Part shown: positions 58,931 through 64,000 of the stretch, piece by piece | How the letters are laid out: each line of letters opens with the position of its first letter | Numbering within the stretch: position 1 is the first letter of the stretch | Assembly: GCA_977018835.1 (NCBI GenBank) | Contig: OZ361261.1 | Span: 1,178,001-1,242,000 of the forward strand | Length of the DNA: 64,000 nucleotides | Direction: 5' to 3' | DNA from: Minutocellus sp. GHC0000111 | Taxonomy: Eukaryota | Translations under genes and position numbers: made by a program | Notes under the pieces: generated by a model | Databases searched by the model: none | Told to the model about the DNA's origin: nothing | What the model saw: the letters and a program-made list of their open reading frames with translations, nothing else

Positions 58931-60602
58931 CTAAGAGCAGATGGTGCAGTACGCATTCATGGGTAAATCGCATGCACTCCCCTTCACATAGGTTTGGCGA
59001 TCGCTGCCTTTACGCTGGTCATCAAAGAGACCGCCGGTAAGTCTGTTGTTCAAATGGGAGGCATATGCTCTTTCCAGAAGAACCTCAGCCTTCCCACCCG
59101 TTGGACTCTTCTTTGACACACAATAATCGAACCACCGTTTCCACCCAATAGGTTGAATTGTCTTTTTGTCCAGTATCGTGACACAGCGACCGTCATTTTC
59201 TTTCAATTTTGCATTGCCATCGTTCTTCAATCTTACGGTGCTGCCCGGCTTTGGTTCCATATCAGCCACAGGCTCCTCCTTCAGTTGCTTTTCCCAGCTC
59301 GCAAGTACTTTGTCTTTGATCGCACCTTCACACACCAGGTCTGGCCGCTCCCATGCGATTCGTTTTAGGACTCTTGGTCCATTGTTTCCCCATACAGTTC
59401 CGTTGAAGTGTCGCATGAAGTTATTCAATGCAGCCGCAACAAATGGGTGATGTGGCTTGGGGAACGGGATGACGTTATTTTCTGGTGCTGCGATTGCCCC
59501 GTCTCTTGGCAGCGGTTCAATAGCCGACGCATTTCGTTCCTCTTTTACAGCCCCTGAGCCTCCGCCACCCCCGGCAAAAGCCTCGTCATGTGAGCGCAAT
59601 ATAATCACGTCCGTATCCATGTACGTCCCGCCCTGCACATACAATAACGCCAGTCGTAATAAGTTGCTCTCATTTGAATACCAGAATTCCTGCCGACGAA
59701 GTTTTGGGAGGGATGCGATGAATTCCTCCGCCGCCGTTTTGTTGACCTCCACATGTCTGCTAATTGAGGCCTTGACAGCTTTCATAAGCATATCGACCGG
59801 ATCGTACCTATGAAAGGTAATGTTGTACCCATGCTCGATCAGTGGTGCCAATCGAGGGTGCGTTTTATCAAGAAGAGTTGCATTTGCATCACCGCCGCTG
59901 CTGGTGCTGGTGCTGCTTCTGTTGCTGGCACCAACCAAAAGCTTGGGCTGATGAATGTGCAGCCGACCCTTTGGATTGGAATGACTCGATCGATCGGACA
60001 TTTAGCGTACTCAGTGTCGTGGAACCAGTGGTGAACACCATGTGAAATAATGGCCCGGCCATTTTGTCCGTCTTCTCGTCTTCTCCAACTTGCTCCGGTC
60101 GCTTCTTTTCATTTGCCTTGTCGCTCTGTTGGTCTCTTATCCTAGCTCTGGTGCTGTTGTTGCTGGTTGCCCCATTTGATGTTGGTATCTTCTGTTGTGG
60201 CGTACTATTTGGCATTGGTTCCTTGGCATCATTGTTTGTCGTTTCTTCCGCCGATGTTTCGTCCTCTTCATTTATTGAACTTTCGGCTGCCGGTGTCGGT
60301 TCGCTGGTTGGTCGGGACTCACTTTCTACATCGTTCTCAACGGAACCCTCCGCAATGTCTTCATTCGCTTGCAGTTCTTGGAGCGCCGAAGAATGCAACT
60401 CATCGTGAGTGGAAGGGTACTCGCCCTCACCCGCCTGTTGAAGTACGTGGTGCTCATCATTTTGAAGCAGCCCAACATCTCTACTACCGTCGCTTTCTTC
60501 CATGACCGAGTGCGAAATTTGCGCCGGTGGCGGCGCAACCAGAAAATAAACGCCAATGGCGGCAGACAAGATGGCCATCGGCCGTCGGCTCTTCATTATC
60601 AT
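58931..60602 (-). pseudogene. GT32/alpha-1,4-glycosyltransferase-like, frameshift near 59980
   Basis: Signal anchor and stem, RSIES then frame change to .NP; LLRLALLY..GGTYMDTD, HPF, WG.NGP. Confidence 0.8.
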
Positions 60603-61105
60603 GCTTGCCTTTGACTCAAAACCTCCGCCCCACTACAAGGCCAATCGGCTCTTTGCTTTGTCATGTTTGAGAGCTCTGAGAATTATTTGGGGTGGAGGGG
60701 GATTTGAGCTCGAAATTAAAAGGGGGAACACCCATTTTCTCAAAAATCTGACACAGAAATCGCCAAGAAATCTTTGAGTTCGATACCAAATCTTGACGAC
60801 GCTGAAGAGGAGAGCAGAGTGAGAGGAGACGAAGTAACTGGATGCGGCAGTATGGATGACGACGAGAGCGGCAGTAGCGCTCGATATGTTACTTGGTCTT
60901 CTTGGTTCTCCATTGTGTTAGGGGAGCATACACTAAAAAAGGATTCGAATAGTTACGGCGGCGCATCGACCGATTTCGATTGTTCAGGGCCAAAGTAGCC
61001 AGAGGGAAATCCAAGCCAAGAGGAGGCAGGCCAGTCAAGAGGGTGTCAAGGAAACCGGCGGCTGGAACCAAAACCCTATCTCACTAAGATCCAGTTAGCT
61101 TCAAT

Positions 61106-62656
61106 ATGCCCTTATCTCGCCGTGCCCGACGCCCAACGTCGGCCTTGCGACGAAAACCACGCTACAGCCCACCGACGCCAACTGGTGCTTGCGACAACAA
61201 GGTCTCGCGTAGATCTCGCTCGCGTTCCCGTTCCATGGACAGGAGGCCGTCATCAGCAAGAGGACGCGCCGTCTCGAGAGGGCCACAGGGACCAGGCACA
61301 CCACGAACATCGGCTGGTCACGTACCAGTGTCTGCTCGGGCAAACTCGTATCCGGTACCACTTGGGCTGAGCCAACCGGGTCCACAGATTAGCAGGAGCA
61401 GGCCGACGACTCCCCTGGCTGTGGTGCCATCACGAAGACAGGCCGAAGTTGCAGCGGCAAGAGCTGCAGCGGCGCCCAGAGCACCTCCCAAGATATACAA
61501 GTCACCCCAGCACTTCCCAAGCCGCGACCACATGCACTTTGCCAATGAAAATGCACTTCACAGCAACAACATAGCTGGCGGACCGCCGCCGTATGCCAGC
61601 CCAATAGCAGCTGCTGCACCGCCGCCGCCACCACCACCTAGGGGACGGGCAAGACAACGCCAAGGTCACGGCCAAGGGCAAGGCTATCATCAACGCATGG
61701 CATCTCACCATACTATGCCGCCTCAGCCAAAACCAAGGTCGAGGTCTCCATTTGGCAGATTTTCATTGTCGCCCGGCAAAAGAAGGCAGTCTTCGAAGCA
61801 GAATCTAACCTTCTCTCATGAAAACGAGACATTTCTCTTTGAACCAGGTTCAGAGTTCGAGGAATCGTTCTATAGCACCGAAAACGACGGGCGCACGCAG
61901 CTAACAAGAATGCTTGGAGGCGATAGGCATCTATCGCAAAAGGTAAAGGCGCACATTGAGCGCAAGGTAGATGAAGAGGCAGCGGCCAGATTCGAAAAGA
62001 TGAGCCTCAAGGAGAAGATCCACGCTCAACGCATGGAGGCCGAGGCCGCAATGGCAGCCGCCGCTACCTCCCGCAGGAACAAGAGCAAGAAACCATCTTC
62101 GACCAAGAAACGAAGCAGCGGCAAAAAGAAAAAGTCCAAGCGAGGCAAGAGCCGATCATACAGCAGCGATGAGGAGAGCCAGGCCTCGCTGGGAGAGCTT
62201 TTGGAGCAGGCATGCACTGGAACAGGTAAAAAGGGAAAGTATCACGACGAAGAATCGACGAAGTATTATTCTAGCGATTGCAGTAGCGAAGAGGAGGAAG
62301 AAACGGAATATACCATGGGAACAATGACGCTCATCGAAAAGGCAGAGAAGTTGGCCAAAATGAAGAAAAAGAAAAAGAAGGCAAAGAACAAGAAGAAACG
62401 CCACTCGAGCCTTCCCGAGGGATGTAAAAAAGTTCGCTGTCCTCCAGGAAGGCTGGGCATATCCATCGACACGACCGCTCATGGACCAGCGATTGGATAT
62501 ATTGCCCCCAAGAGTCCCCTGATTGGATTGGTTGAGGTTGGAGATATCATTGTTTCAATTGATCGGGAGGACGTAACGCATCTCGACGCCGAGGATGTGA
62601 TGGACATGCTTTCAGAGAGAAAATACGAATACAGGAGACTCATCATTCAGATGTGA
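61106..62656 (+). CDS. Disordered basic protein with C-terminal PDZ domain
   Basis: PPGRLGISIDT…GPAI….KSPL.G.VEVGDIIVSID. Confidence 0.8.
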   Translation: MPLSRRARRPTSALRRKPRYSPPTPTGACDNKVSRRSRSRSRSMDRRPSSARGRAVSRGPQGPGTPRTSAGHVPVSARANSYPVPLGLSQPGPQISRSRPTTPLAVVPSRRQAEVAAARAAAAPRAPPKIYKSPQHFPSRDHMHFANENALHSNNIAGGPPPYASPIAAAAPPPPPPPRGRARQRQGHGQGQGYHQRMASHHTMPPQPKPRSRSPFGRFSLSPGKRRQSSKQNLTFSHENETFLFEPGSEFEESFYSTENDGRTQLTRMLGGDRHLSQKVKAHIERKVDEEAAARFEKMSLKEKIHAQRMEAEAAMAAAATSRRNKSKKPSSTKKRSSGKKKKSKRGKSRSYSSDEESQASLGELLEQACTGTGKKGKYHDEESTKYYSSDCSSEEEEETEYTMGTMTLIEKAEKLAKMKKKKKKAKNKKKRHSSLPEGCKKVRCPPGRLGISIDTTAHGPAIGYIAPKSPLIGLVEVGDIIVSIDREDVTHLDAEDVMDMLSERKYEYRRLIIQM

Positions 62657-62868
62657 GATGCCGAGCACTGGCGCTGCATATACCAATATACATACAATGT
62701 AACAACTAGTATCGGGAATGCATGAACAAACACAATTCAGTACCTCTACTGAATGTAATTTCCTATTCGACATTCATTCGATTGGAACGGACATCTATCG
62801 AATTTCATCAGCAAGGAAGGAAGCCCACTGCAGTCTCTTCATTGCTCCTTTCCAGCCACAAAGCAGCA

Positions 62869-63708
62869 ATGAAGAATGATATCGACACAGATCCTAGCGA
62901 TAATAAGGAAGTGTCCTACGTGTACGCTCACATCGCACGCCGACTGAAGCAGAAAAAGAAAGAGCAAAGAAAATATCGCAAGAGAGCAATCCGCAAGAGC
63001 TCTTCACAGCATCCGGGGTGTCCTCCAAATGAAGAGCGGAGCGCTCGCCCCTCCAAGAAGTCAGTATCGTTTCAAGAAGACATACATGTAGAAACTGAAA
63101 GTCTAGTAAGTCCCCACGATGAATCGAGGAACGGCGAACTAGAAGATCAGCGACACGATGCTGCCGATACCGAGGGTAAGAGAGAAGATTTTTTCTCCGA
63201 GCTGCCAAATATTCGTGAACTATCTCCTACTTTGGAATCATATGTCTGCGACGCCCTGAGAGCTGCTAATCTCATTGCCGATGAGAGTGACAATGAGAGT
63301 GATGATGATTACGAGAAAAACTCCCGCGCGTACAGCGATGGCGACGTATCTTCTTGTTATTATTCTCGCCAAGATTCTACCTACGAAGATGAAACGTGCT
63401 TCAGCCAAGATACAACACTCCCCACGGACAACCATGCCAAACTGCCGGTTGAATCTCGACTGTGTATCTCGGCAGTTACCGAGAAGATCATCATTCCGCC
63501 GGGAAGGATGGGAGTTGTCATTGTCGATTCGAAGCAGGGGCCACTGGTGACAGCTGTGGCCGAGAGCTGCCCTGTCAACTTGATGGTGGGAGATGTTATT
63601 GCATCTGTCGACGGAAGGGATACGTCTACTCTGAATGCCGAACAGGTACTACACCTACTTTTAGCGAGATCGGATCAGCACCGTTTTCTCTTGGTAATGC
63701 GCATGTGA
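62869..63708 (+). CDS. Acidic protein with C-terminal PDZ domain
   Basis: PPGRMGVVIVDS..GPLV…VGDVIASVDG; start assumed at MKNDID. Confidence 0.75.
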   Translation: MKNDIDTDPSDNKEVSYVYAHIARRLKQKKKEQRKYRKRAIRKSSSQHPGCPPNEERSARPSKKSVSFQEDIHVETESLVSPHDESRNGELEDQRHDAADTEGKREDFFSELPNIRELSPTLESYVCDALRAANLIADESDNESDDDYEKNSRAYSDGDVSSCYYSRQDSTYEDETCFSQDTTLPTDNHAKLPVESRLCISAVTEKIIIPPGRMGVVIVDSKQGPLVTAVAESCPVNLMVGDVIASVDGRDTSTLNAEQVLHLLLARSDQHRFLLVMRM

Positions 63709-64000
63709 TAGCTGGCTTTAAGTTGAAAGTAAGCCCTTCGTGAAACTAGCGCATCAGCTTCTGAAAGTAGCGCATGGTTCGCACAACACTTTTTAACCTG
63801 AGTAAGGTTCGCATATCTGTTCCCGACTTTTTGACTATGTCAATTTTTGGGCTCAACCTTTCGATACAGAAAAATGATGTGCCGATACTTGACCCGTTCC
63901 AACTTTTCTGCGCCAAAGGTATCAGTGTAGTGTGCTGTCTCGGTGCGCCTCGCTCTTTGGCGTTGAAACGTCATTTCAGACCGCTTGTCTGTTCTCTCTT

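Overview
Eukaryotic, gene-dense window with GT-AG introns, almost certainly from a diatom: it has two silicon transporter (SIT) genes with GXQ and CMLD motifs and several bipartite ASAFAP-type plastid presequences. It holds about 25 genes or pseudogenes: TDP1-like, nucleoside deoxyribosyltransferase-like, a silicanin-like membrane protein, an MDR oxidoreductase, a large DDT/PHD/HMG chromatin gene, SLC34, a plastid TPT, S10 carboxypeptidase, GT47, GT49, GT32, MetAP, AMP deaminase, MYND, mTERF, JmjC, CRAL-TRIO and two PDZ proteins. Main observations: (1) the two SIT genes form a divergent inverted pair, virtually identical over CDS, intron and about 108 bp upstream, while their diverged 3' UTRs keep two conserved stem-loops. 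(2) The 7.8-kb spacer holds mTERF between old direct repeats, plus a ~187-bp satellite. (3) Many neighbouring genes carry frameshifts, nonsense codons or fusions, including an SDR-TrpD chimera and a foreign TM-coding insert in the chromatin gene. (4) There is a 501-bp foldback element, and chains of nested short palindromes recur in intergenic DNA. Family calls come from motif recognition by eye; no searches were run.
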